Shown here piece after piece: positions 55,547-64,000 of a stretch of 64,000 bases of DNA. The stretch is from a virus (Duplodnaviria; Heunggongvirae; Uroviricota; Caudoviricetes). The translations under genes and the position numbers were made by a program. The DNA is taken from the IMG/VR virus record IMGVR_UViG_3300001688_000696; one strand, written 5' to 3'. The notes under the pieces are model-generated. The model was given only the letters and a program-made list of their open reading frames with translations. It had not been told where the DNA came from and did no database searches. The number at the start of each line of letters is the position of its first letter. Within the stretch, counting starts at the first letter, position 1.

Positions 55547-55568
55547 TCGTAATCAGCCGGTTGTCTGC

Positions 55569-55796
55569 CTACCAACCGAAAAAGCCACTTTTCTGTTTGC
55601 CGCTTTGTTTGGCCGTGCTGCCTTGTTTGGTGACAATCCTCAGGGTTAGCGAACTGCCATCACCATTTCCTTTGACCGGTTCCAGTTCGATGGTCTCGCC
55701 GTCCAAATTCGTGAGTTTGACAACGAGCGTCCCATCGTCCCTATCTTCTACCACCATTTTCCATTGATTGCACTGTTGAGTCATTTTAGAAGCCAT
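55569..55796 (-). CDS. small hypothetical protein (75 aa) directly downstream of a methyltransferase
   Basis: ATG 55796 with RBS gggaga. The track extension to 56186 is antisense to the methyltransferase and is rejected. Confidence 0.5.
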   Translation of the reverse strand: MASKMTQQCNQWKMVVEDRDDGTLVVKLTNLDGETIELEPVKGNGDGSSLTLRIVTKQGSTAKQSGKQKSGFFGW

Positions 55797-55860
55797 TGTA
55801 CTATCTCCCCGAATTCGTTTGAAAGTATAATTATTATAATATGGTTTCAAAAAATGCAAG

Positions 55861-56640
55861 CTACTTTGTGCTTTTAATTCTGTTTTGGGCAATTTCACAA
55901 TAATCCGGGCAGCGTTCAATTCCGAGATAATTGCGCCCGAGCTGTCTAGCAGCCAGGGCGGTCGTCCCCGCCCCCAAAAATGGGTCAAGTACGAGGTCGC
56001 CCACGTAGGAATAATACTCAACCACCTTTTGCGCCAGTTCCAGTGGGAAGGGGGCAGGGTGCCCGACTTTACAGGGGTTTTCCGGGCGGATTTGCCATAC
56101 GTTTGTACGCTCATAGCCGTCTGCAACCAACGAAGCCTGAATAATCTCTGGACTGTGGTCACGAATAGCCAAATCCAGCAGCCCATACCCCCTTTTGAAA
56201 ACCAGCAGGTATTCTGTCACCTGAAACGGCTTGTAGGCAACCGGGCGGCGGTGATGAGCGAACTTGATAGCCCGATTGGATGCCCCATCCGGTTTTACCC
56301 AGATGATGTCATCCACGAATTTGAATCCTGTCTGTGTGGCAATCGGCAGGTAATCGAAAGGGATGGCAAGCCGGGTTGATTCGGTTGAACGCTTTTCGCG
56401 GGGGACAATTACGCAGGACAGGTTGATGACAAAAATGCGATTATCCTTCAAAACCCGGAAAACTTGCTTAGTAACCTGCGACAAAAAATCCAGATACTCC
56501 TGATAGGTGGAATAGCTGGCATACTGCTGGCGGGCGTTGAAGTACGGCGGGCTGGTAAAGCACAAATCAACACAGTTATCGGGCATGGACTTCATCACTT
56601 CCACACAATCGCCCTGAATGATTTGATTGGTCAAATCCAT
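55861..56640 (-). CDS. DNA methyltransferase, beta-class N6A/N4C
   Basis: ATG 56640 with RBS aggagg. N-terminal DLCFTSPPYF. C-terminal DPFLGAGTTALAARQLGRNYLGIE. Confidence 0.9.
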   Translation of the reverse strand: MDLTNQIIQGDCVEVMKSMPDNCVDLCFTSPPYFNARQQYASYSTYQEYLDFLSQVTKQVFRVLKDNRIFVINLSCVIVPREKRSTESTRLAIPFDYLPIATQTGFKFVDDIIWVKPDGASNRAIKFAHHRRPVAYKPFQVTEYLLVFKRGYGLLDLAIRDHSPEIIQASLVADGYERTNVWQIRPENPCKVGHPAPFPLELAQKVVEYYSYVGDLVLDPFLGAGTTALAARQLGRNYLGIERCPDYCEIAQNRIKSTK

Positions 56641-56749
56641 CTGCAATCGAGCCTCCTGCAAGGAGGACGCGCAGAAGGGTGGATAAACAAAAAGTTCCAC
56701 CGTTTAGGTGGAGCTTTAAATAGGGCTGGCAGGTCGCCGGTTTGCTTGG

Positions 56750-57379
56750 TCACATGGTTTCCAAAAGTCCAACAAACCTCCGCCAATCTTCAATCATCTT
56801 TTCGTCATCATCGCTGGCTTTTTGCCCGGTAAACGTCCGTTTGCCATTCAGAATGCCGTCGCTTTCGTTGATAAATGCGCAGACATTTTTCTCATCCCGG
56901 AAACAACCGGCCACCTTGCGAAGCATTCGCTTTTGCTGACTGGTAATCGGCTGGTTCATGGTGATGCAGAGTTCATCGTTTTCCGGGGCTGCTTCCAGCC
57001 GGATATAACCCAACTGTGTCAGCCAATATTTGTAGTGACTGCCAAAATCGTCAATCTCGCCTTCAATCTTCGAGATGAGCCCGGCTTTTTCCAAGGCGAG
57101 GGCGGCGCTTCTCTCGTGCAAATCGCTGCAATAAATAATTCTGCCGTTAGGCGACAGCCAATAGCTTCCCCAAACAAGCCCACAGTATTTTTCATCGAAC
57201 AGCTCCCACGGACGGTCGGTTAAATCAACACGGTCAACAGTATACATATCGGAGGTAAGCAGAGCTTGGTCAACTTCTTCCCAAATCGGTCTATTTCGCT
57301 CTGCGTTCTGAACCGGGACAACTCCCATCCCTTTCGCCTTTTCGGTCGCAACTTTATCCGCGTCTTTGCATTTCATCAT
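56750..57379 (-). CDS. hypothetical protein (209 aa), first gene of a methyltransferase operon
   Basis: RBS ggagg. Confidence 0.65.
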   Translation of the reverse strand: MMKCKDADKVATEKAKGMGVVPVQNAERNRPIWEEVDQALLTSDMYTVDRVDLTDRPWELFDEKYCGLVWGSYWLSPNGRIIYCSDLHERSAALALEKAGLISKIEGEIDDFGSHYKYWLTQLGYIRLEAAPENDELCITMNQPITSQQKRMLRKVAGCFRDEKNVCAFINESDGILNGKRTFTGQKASDDDEKMIEDWRRFVGLLETM

Positions 57380-57540
57380 GGTGGCCTCCGAAATTTTTCT
57401 GTCTAATAGACAAGTCGGAGACCATATCAGTCAAATTTTGAAAACCAGCCCCTGACTCACTTGTTTTTTCAAGAGAGCCGGGGGCTTGCTCGTCTCGCAG
57501 CGGGCTGACCCCTAAAAGTTAGCCCGTTTGCTCTGCAAAA

Positions 57541-58266
57541 TTACATTTCAACCCCCACCCGAAACGCCTTGCCTTTCGTAAAAATCGCCAAAAAACCGAA
57601 AACGCAAATGGCGGAGAACAGGGCGGCGGCTGCGACAAGTGTTTTCCAGCGGATAAATTCACTGGTAACGGTGATAACGATGGGCGTTTCGTTGTTTCCT
57701 TTCCAGACCAGCCCGCCATTTTCATCCACAACACCGTTGGTGCTGATGATTTTTCCGGGCAGTTTGAGCCGGAACTGCGTGTCCATCCACGAAATTCCGT
57801 TGGTATTTTCACCGGCAGCCGGTTTTTCCTGTGCATCCATGCCTACAGAAGCAACCATCTCCGGCATATCCAGGACGGCATCAAACGTTATCCAGTCGGC
57901 AAAAATGTCGCGTTTCAAATGGATAGAAACGCTTTGAAACGCCCCGGTGTTCATCAGCAAATCCTTCAGTTCTTCCAAATTGTCAAATTTAAGCGCCCCT
58001 TCTGCCCAATCGTAGTCGCCGCTGCGATACCGGGAAAACGGCGTGTGCTGGTTTCCGCTTTGCTTTTGAAGGAACTGCTGGAAGCTATCGAAGGGGTCTT
58101 CTTCGCTGGTCATTTCTATCCACACATAGGCTTTGGTTGCAATTCCAACCGCGAGATTGACCACACCAGAGAAGTCTTCGCGAATGGTTACCTCGATTTG
58201 TGTCTGAGCGCATGAGGAAAGAAAAAACGCTGCAAGCAGCAGGGCGATGATGGTGTGATATTTCAT
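57541..58266 (-). CDS. lipoprotein (LSSC) with C-terminal TM anchor, hypothetical
   Basis: Signal + lipobox. RBS gagg. Confidence 0.7.
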   Translation of the reverse strand: MKYHTIIALLLAAFFLSSCAQTQIEVTIREDFSGVVNLAVGIATKAYVWIEMTSEEDPFDSFQQFLQKQSGNQHTPFSRYRSGDYDWAEGALKFDNLEELKDLLMNTGAFQSVSIHLKRDIFADWITFDAVLDMPEMVASVGMDAQEKPAAGENTNGISWMDTQFRLKLPGKIISTNGVVDENGGLVWKGNNETPIVITVTSEFIRWKTLVAAAALFSAICVFGFLAIFTKGKAFRVGVEM

Positions 58267-58431
58267 GGAGATGCCTCGGCTGGAGTCTGTCAGATAAAGA
58301 AATGAGGATATTAATATTAATTATACCATAATAGTAACAAATTATTCTAACAATCCCGAAAAGATGCCGATTTATTGCGAACTTCCCCCCATAGCCGTCT
58401 TTTAACCAGACACCTATCAAGGAGTTCGATT

Positions 58432-59004
58432 TTGAAACACAAACCTGTGATTCGATTTTCTTTCACGAGCCGGGAAATCCGCTTCGCCAGAGACTTCGGC
58501 GCGCGCCGCAATAAATCAAAAGGCGGTGGGGTGGTCACCGCGTCTGGCCGGGACGCCATCCGCGATGAGACGGTTGGCGTACTGGGCGAGATGGCGGTCG
58601 GGAAGTTTTTAGGGCAGCACATCAACACAGAAATTTATGAAGGTGGCGATGACGGCGTGGATTTCCGCTACAAGGGCGTCACCATCGATGCAAAATGTAC
58701 GGAGTACATCAACGGAGTGCTGGTTTTCGACGAGATTAAAAAATTCCGCTCCGATGTCGCCTTCTTCGTCATCGTGACCTATAACGACCGGGACGAGTAC
58801 GGCCGGAAACTACCTGTCCACCAGCACACTGCCAGCGCCAAAATCATCGGATGGCTTTCCAAACGCCAGTTTATCGCCAACTGCGTAGAACGCAAAATAG
58901 GCAGGGAAGTGCGAGTGGTCGTCCCGCAGGAATTGTTGAACCCGGTCGAGACCTTTTATCAATATGATGTCAAGGCAGACCGCAAAGTGACCTGGCGTCC
59001 GTAG
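58432..59004 (+). CDS. PD-(D/E)xK nuclease-like protein (candidate restriction endonuclease partner)
   Basis: TTG start 58432 with RBS aaggag. GDDGVDFRYKGVTIDAKCTE fits D...(D/E)xK. Lies immediately upstream of a methyltransferase in the same orientation. Confidence 0.5.
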   Translation: MKHKPVIRFSFTSREIRFARDFGARRNKSKGGGVVTASGRDAIRDETVGVLGEMAVGKFLGQHINTEIYEGGDDGVDFRYKGVTIDAKCTEYINGVLVFDEIKKFRSDVAFFVIVTYNDRDEYGRKLPVHQHTASAKIIGWLSKRQFIANCVERKIGREVRVVVPQELLNPVETFYQYDVKADRKVTWRP

Positions 59005-59094
59005 TGCAGGTTATCCACACAAATGTGGATAACCTTGCCGCCCAAAAATTGAGCAACGGCGGTGTCACGCGTCTTTCTCCATATCAACCAAAAA

Positions 59095-59931
59095 ATGATG
59101 ATGGAGAGAACCGTGGATACTTGCCTGTATTGTGATGATTGTCTTAATGTTCTCAAAAATTTTTCCCACCAGCCGACTTTGACCTTTTTCGACCCACCGT
59201 TTAATGTCGGAAAAAAATATTACATGCACAATGACAACATGCCCGATGAAGAATATTGGGCATGGATGAGCGAAATCCTTTCGCTTATTCGCAAGCACAC
59301 GCTGCCGGGCGGAAGCATTTATTTCATGCAGCGGGAGAAGAACGCTCACAAGGTGATTGAAACCCTGCTAAAGACCGGGTGGACGTTCAAAAACATGATT
59401 ATCTGGAAGAAGATGACTTCAGCCACCCCGATGACGACCGGATTTGGAAAAAGCTATCAGGTCATCGTTTATGCGACCAAAGGGGAAAAACCGAGGGTTT
59501 TCAACCGTCTGCGCATCGACCCGGAGTTGAAGCCCCACCAAAAGGTTGCTCGCAAAAACGGAATTTTTGTCACGGATGTCTGGGACGATATTCGTGAAAT
59601 GACTTCCGGGTATTTCGCCGGGGCTGAACAGCTCAAAAATGAAAATGGGAAAATGGCGCATCACCAGCAGTCGCCAATCGCCCTTCTGGTTCGCATCATC
59701 CTGTCATCGTCCATGCCTGGAGACGTGGTGTTCGACCCGTTTTCCGGCACCGGCACAACCGTAGTCGCAGCCCGCCAGCTCCGCCGCATTGGAGTCGGGG
59801 TTGAGTGCGACCCGCATTACATGGAACTCATTCAAAAGCGTCTGGCTGACCAGCGGGACTGCGACCGGGTTGACCAGTACCGGGCTGATTACAAACACAC
59901 CCCGAATTTGGAAAAAATTTGGGGGGACTAA
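59095..59931 (+). CDS. DNA methyltransferase, beta-class N6A/N4C
   Basis: N-terminal LTFFDPPFNVGKKY. C-terminal DPFSGTGTTVVAARQLRRIGVGVE. The track start 59062 is GTG. Confidence 0.9.
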   Translation: MMMERTVDTCLYCDDCLNVLKNFSHQPTLTFFDPPFNVGKKYYMHNDNMPDEEYWAWMSEILSLIRKHTLPGGSIYFMQREKNAHKVIETLLKTGWTFKNMIIWKKMTSATPMTTGFGKSYQVIVYATKGEKPRVFNRLRIDPELKPHQKVARKNGIFVTDVWDDIREMTSGYFAGAEQLKNENGKMAHHQQSPIALLVRIILSSSMPGDVVFDPFSGTGTTVVAARQLRRIGVGVECDPHYMELIQKRLADQRDCDRVDQYRADYKHTPNLEKIWGD

Positions 59932-59986
59932 ACTCCCCCAAAAAGGTAAAAAATAAAGCCCACGAGTTGTGGACTTTATTTTTTTA

Positions 59987-61159
59987 TTATCCGTTTGGCT
60001 CTTCCGGCATCTGCAAACGATGCAGCGTTCCGACAATCCTGTCGTTTTTGACGGCGACCAGAGCATTGATTTCATCACAATAAGCGATGTAATCGTAGTC
60101 CAGATATTTCTGCATGAGAAGCAGTTTGTGCAGAGGGACAGCCAGCCGGTCATGGAAATCATCCTCGAAAAAAGCGATGTCCACGCCGTATTCGTTTTCG
60201 AGCGCCGAGACACAGCCCAACATCTCCACATTTTTGGGCGGGGCAATAGCTTCTTCAAAGGTTTCTTTCAACTCGCTGTCTGTAGCGGTCGGCAGTCGGT
60301 ACGGATTTTTGGTCTGGCGTACTTTTTGTTCATCCGCAGGCTTTTTGAACTCCTTTGAATCCAGCGAAAGCGAACCATCCGTCAGGTAGCGCGAACCGTC
60401 TTTGGCGATATTCCCGTTCCAGCCCCGCTTGAATGAAAAACGGAAATCACTGGCAGGTTGCAGGGGCTTCCCGTTCCAGAGCGCCAATTTGCGTTTAGCA
60501 ATTTGCGTTTCGCTTTCTGCCAGCACTTTATTTAAAATGGCGGAAAGCTGACCGATGCGCCGGTTGGTTTCGGCCATGTCAAATTCGCCGCCCATCTCTG
60601 CACGGAACTCATAAAGGCGTTCAAGTTCGAGTTCGATTCTGTAATATTCGCCGAGCTTGCACTGTATTTCGTGGTCTTCGGGGCTGAAGCGCCGGACGAT
60701 ATTCCCGCACGCCGGGCATGTCATGATGCTGTGTTCTTTGCAGAGTTCAGGATGCCTGTACAGCGTTCTGCGCAACTGGCTGGAATGGTGGTTGGCTTCG
60801 TGGATAATCCCCTCGATGCTCCCCGCCTTAATCACACAATCAATCTGATTTGAGATAGGTTCACGCGGATACGTTTCGTGCATTGCCTTTGCAAACTGAA
60901 GCAAATTCTTTAACGTGCGTTCATTGCGATACGGGTCTTTTGCGTAGGGGAACTGGTCAAGTATCCGGTTTGCCAGTTCTTCATCTGCCGGGAGACCGGC
61001 TTCCGAAAGATACTGGACAACCTCTTTGGGGAACGTAAGCATCTGGATGGTCTGATTTTTGGCGCAAATCTTCGACCCGCCATGTTCTTGGTTGGTGTTA
61101 TTTGCCTTTTGGCTATCTTTTTCGCAGGACATATTCGCCGTCTTTCGTAGGTAATTCAT
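59987..61159 (-). CDS. HExxH (IIHEANHH) + Zn-ribbon protein, distant third member of the SprT-like set
   Basis: HEANHH followed by CPACGN...EDHEIQC. Confidence 0.6.
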   Translation of the reverse strand: MNYLRKTANMSCEKDSQKANNTNQEHGGSKICAKNQTIQMLTFPKEVVQYLSEAGLPADEELANRILDQFPYAKDPYRNERTLKNLLQFAKAMHETYPREPISNQIDCVIKAGSIEGIIHEANHHSSQLRRTLYRHPELCKEHSIMTCPACGNIVRRFSPEDHEIQCKLGEYYRIELELERLYEFRAEMGGEFDMAETNRRIGQLSAILNKVLAESETQIAKRKLALWNGKPLQPASDFRFSFKRGWNGNIAKDGSRYLTDGSLSLDSKEFKKPADEQKVRQTKNPYRLPTATDSELKETFEEAIAPPKNVEMLGCVSALENEYGVDIAFFEDDFHDRLAVPLHKLLLMQKYLDYDYIAYCDEINALVAVKNDRIVGTLHRLQMPEEPNG

Positions 61160-61675
61160 TCAACTTACTTAAAGAAGCACAAACGCCTATTTCCGCAAGA
61201 AATGCACCTTTGTTATTAATAGCAAAGCGCCCCTGATGTGGTCACAGGGACGCCTGCTTTCAAAGGAGAATCGGCAGAATGCGGTCAGCCCGGCAATTAG
61301 CAAGATAAAATCCCTACCCAGAATTTTTGTGGCAAAGGATGTGATTTGGAGAAGCTGAGGCAGAACCAGCCTTTTGATTCTGCCTCAGCCCCCGCCTGCC
61401 CTCCGAAATTAATCCAAAAATAAATTTTTTGTGAAAGGCAGGCATTACCAATAAGAAAGTTCGATTCGCTTGCCCGTCAGCCCCTTTCCGATAAATTTGT
61501 CCGGGGAACTGTGCCGAACAGTGCGTAATATTACTCAAAATTCACTATAGCGCCAGGTGAGCATAGTCCCATTATTTTTGAGAAAATTGTCATATTGGCG
61601 GATGACGCCTGTCACCGTTTGCATAGTGAGATGACAGGTCAAATGAATAATATTCGCACAGTATTTTTTTTGTCA

Positions 61676-61704
61676 AAAAGGCCAGCTCTCGGCTGGTCTT
61701 TTTG
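61676..61704. terminator. intrinsic terminator
   Basis: aggccagc tctcg gctggtct + T. Confidence 0.75.
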
Positions 61705-61712
61705 AATAATTG

Positions 61713-62243
61713 TTATTTGACTGTTTCCATATTTTGCTGGCGGCTGCGGGTCAGAGTGCGCCGGATGCGGTCGCAGCAATCTTCCCACCGGCTACTTAGT
61801 TCATGCCACTCGAAAAACTGATTCGTACCCATCCGCTTTGTTTTTGTATCATATTCCCGGAAAAACAACAGCCGGTTGCTGCCGTCTGCCGAGAAAAATA
61901 TTTCCAGGTCATCACTGACCAGATACGCTTCGCCGCTCACAGCCGGGCCGCCTGCCGAAAAATAAACCTCAAATTCGCCGGGACGCAGTCCAATTTGACC
62001 AGCAAGGATTTTCAAGAACTTTGTGGCGTTATCCGCAAAAATACGCTTTTCTGAACGCCATTGACCAACCTTAAAAGAATCACCGCAAACTTCCAATCCT
62101 TGTTCCATCTTCCGGACGAACTGCGCCACGAATTCCACCTGTTTTCCACTTAGCGCCGGGCGCTCAAAATCCATCAGACTGGTTAAGTTCCTGTTGGGAA
62201 CATATTCGCTGCGGCGGATTTTCTTTGCGTTACGAGATGCCAT
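61713..62243 (-). CDS. hypothetical protein (176 aa)
   Basis: ATG 62243 with RBS aagga. Confidence 0.6.
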   Translation of the reverse strand: MASRNAKKIRRSEYVPNRNLTSLMDFERPALSGKQVEFVAQFVRKMEQGLEVCGDSFKVGQWRSEKRIFADNATKFLKILAGQIGLRPGEFEVYFSAGGPAVSGEAYLVSDDLEIFFSADGSNRLLFFREYDTKTKRMGTNQFFEWHELSSRWEDCCDRIRRTLTRSRQQNMETVK

Positions 62244-62476
62244 ATATGTTTTTGTCCTTATATGCAAAAAGTTCAAATTGTTCTAAGATTATAGAAATTG
62301 AGAAATATATATTAATTATACTAAAAATTCCGCGCCTGTCAAATCGTTTTGGGAGAAATTCGTCACCTTTTGGTTTAATTAATCTATCTGATATAATTAT
62401 CCACTTACCAATCGGTGATATGATATAATAATTATACTATAATTAAGCTACAGAAAATCTTCAAAAGGAAACTATT

Positions 62477-63376
62477 ATGGGCGCACTAAATCATATCACT
62501 GGCAACGCCAGTTTGTCCGGACAAATTCAATTCGCCGCATCTATATTCCAATTCCTTGAGCAGAAACATGCGGGTTTTCTGGACTTTTTGAAAGCGAAGT
62601 CGCAGAAAGAAGGGCTAGCATCGCTTGACTTGCTGACCGCTTACATCGCCAGCCAGATTTGGCAGATTTTCAAGAGCAACCGGAGCAGGGATGTGAGCGA
62701 CGGGGCGGCGCTGTCCTTCGCCGCATGTGTGGCAGTTCACCCGTCCCTGTTGGAATACCTGCACCCAGATTGCACGGGCGACAAAGGTTATCCGTTTGTT
62801 GGAGGGATGGTCAACGAACGGTTTTTCCGATTTGAACCGTATTCCGCGACCTTTTCGCATTTAACCTTCAAACAGTTGGAACATGCTTTCAACCTGACCA
62901 GCATCAATTTCCGCTACCGGCAACAAATGGTAGAAAGGGAACTGCTTGGGTTGTCAGCGATTATGACCAACGATGCAGTTGATGATATTATTGATGAACT
63001 GGAAGGCGAAGAAGAACTGGCGGCGGATTTCTTTCAGGAATCGCATATTTCCTTCGATTTGAACACCATGCGTTCAATCGAAAAGGCACTGCGCAACGCC
63101 TGTGATACAAAGCTAGAAACCGGGCAGTCTATCGTCCTTTACGAATTTCCCCAAATCGGTCAACAAATGAAACAGCCTGTGTTGGCTATCGCATCCGCTG
63201 AAGGCTTAGAACTCCGCTACGGCTATTTCATCGAATTTGCCAACACCTATCCTTTGCCTGACCTGCGGGCATTTGCTAACTATTGGAGCTGGCTGACAAA
63301 TGAATATGAAATTCACCGGCAGGTAATGGCTTCCATTTTGGAGCTGCATTACGAACTGGCCGGCAAGCCGGAATAG
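62477..63376 (+). CDS. hypothetical protein (299 aa) with GFLDFLKAK motif
   Basis: RBS aaagga. AT-rich promoter region contains ATATAATTATCCAC. Confidence 0.65.
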   Translation: MGALNHITGNASLSGQIQFAASIFQFLEQKHAGFLDFLKAKSQKEGLASLDLLTAYIASQIWQIFKSNRSRDVSDGAALSFAACVAVHPSLLEYLHPDCTGDKGYPFVGGMVNERFFRFEPYSATFSHLTFKQLEHAFNLTSINFRYRQQMVERELLGLSAIMTNDAVDDIIDELEGEEELAADFFQESHISFDLNTMRSIEKALRNACDTKLETGQSIVLYEFPQIGQQMKQPVLAIASAEGLELRYGYFIEFANTYPLPDLRAFANYWSWLTNEYEIHRQVMASILELHYELAGKPE

Positions 63377-63437
63377 CAGTTCAACACCTACCATTTCGTT
63401 TTAGAGACAAAAACAGAAAAATAACCGTCTATTGCAA

Positions 63438-63464
63438 CAAAACCCGGCGACCACCGGGTTTTTG
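63438..63464 (+). terminator. intrinsic terminator
   Basis: acccgg cgaccac cgggt + T. Confidence 0.75.
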
Positions 63465-63697
63465 TTATTGCCTTCTTCCAAAGCGGTCAATAGTCATTTT
63501 TATATACTATTTATACAAAAGTGCGCAGGGAAATTTTCACTTGTTCTCTGCAAAGCGATGCACGGCGGGTAATTTCCCTGGTTCCTATCATGACTATATG
63601 GACAACAAATCGATATATTGGTGTTGGAACTTTTTTGGGCGCATTATCATTTTATTGAATATGGTGCGACTCCTGTTGATGCTGGCCGCATATTGAT

Positions 63698-63898
63698 ATG
63701 GCTGCATTTGAACGAAGCCTCGATGAAGTTTATCGGATAATTATTGGTAGCAGTCTCTTTTTTGGAAAAATAGGCTAAAAAAATCCTGTTCTTTTCAATG
63801 AATGGGAAGAATTGGACGTTTTTGAAAAAATTGCCCGGCTGACAACCGAGGACATAGCGGAGAAAATCAGAAGGACACACGTTTTCAAGCCGTGGTAG
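63698..63898 (+). CDS. small ORF interrupted by an in-frame TAA (63776-63778)
   Basis: MAAFERSLDEVYRIIIGSSLFFGKIG*KNPVLFNEWEELDVFEKIARLTTEDIAEKIRRTHVFKPW*. Both halves are in the same frame. A terminator lies at 63922-63960. Confidence 0.3.
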
Positions 63899-63921
63899 CG
63901 AAGTTGCCAGCACCACCCAGC

Positions 63922-63960
63922 TAAAAAGGGGCTGGTCAAACGCCAGCCCCTTTGATTTTT
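63922..63960 (+). terminator. intrinsic terminator
   Basis: aggggctgg tcaaacg ccagcccct + T. Confidence 0.75.
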
Positions 63961-64000
63961 AGACTGTTTCTATTCCCACCAGCCCTGAACGTGCTTGCTC

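Noticed and set aside
55569-56186. Track ORF of 205 aa on the minus strand
   Set aside because: Only the last 75 codons (from ATG 55796, which has an RBS) look real. The upstream part is junk translation of the non-coding 55797-55860 spacer (W/R/L-rich, no RBS, no motif); it does not overlap the MTase CDS (55861..56640, same strand).
61536-61568. T7-like promoter resemblance (taatattactcaaaattcactatagcg)
   Set aside because: It is not collinear with the TAATACGACTCACTATAG consensus (5-nt insertion). It is a single occurrence, and no phage-type RNAP gene is in the window. Probably chance.
1-64000. Alternative genetic code / stop-codon reassignment as the explanation for split genes
   Set aside because: Well-supported genes end on TAA, TAG and TGA at positions coinciding with terminators. 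The split genes change frame rather than read through a stop, except 63776, which is a single case.

Overview
This 64-kb window (~50% GC) reads like an accessory or mobile-element region; the host cannot be identified from sequence alone. It is densely packed with short, mostly monocistronic units. Nearly every gene has its own near-consensus sigma70 promoter (TTGACA-17-TATAAT) and a hairpin+T-run intrinsic terminator, often shared by convergent genes.

Main contents:
- Two tRNA arrays: Phe, Phe-variant and four Ser isoacceptors at 21.5-22.1 kb, and four Glu-type tRNAs at 25.7-26.0 kb. Each is preceded by a promoter, a tiny RBS-equipped leader ORF and a terminator. Each leader is enriched in exactly the codons read by the tRNAs downstream (FFSFSFSGFS before Phe/Ser; FEEREVEE before Glu). 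I read this as a candidate attenuator controlling tRNA-gene expression.
- An orphan two-repeat mini-CRISPR array at 3064-3175 whose repeat ends in ATTGAAAC. There are no cas genes in the window. The array sits between two copies of a ~100-bp promoter/operator cassette.
- Four beta-class N6A/N4C DNA methyltransferases (14.7, 50.1, 55.9 and 59.1 kb) plus one methyltransferase remnant. One methyltransferase has an adjacent PD-(D/E)xK nuclease candidate, another an adjacent frameshifted gene.
- Three HExxH/Zn-ribbon (SprT-like) paralogs.
- Other recognisable products: a GAF/PAS-GGDEF diguanylate cyclase, a CAP-domain protein, a 1439-aa Ig/FN3-like repeat protein, several lipoproteins and secreted proteins (two sharing a C-terminal domain), an SPFH protein, a GNAT acetyltransferase, a metallophosphoesterase, a CoiA-like nuclease, and a partial RNA/DNA ligase-like gene at the left edge.
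- Several acidic DNA-mimic-like proteins.
- Three genes split by single-nucleotide frameshifts at short G runs or homopolymers.
- A TnpB C-terminal remnant.
- Structured GC-rich non-coding regions.

I saw no phage structural genes, integrase or cas genes. The most plausible reading is a phage- or MGE-like counter-defence island. All functional calls are motif-level inferences made without database searches.
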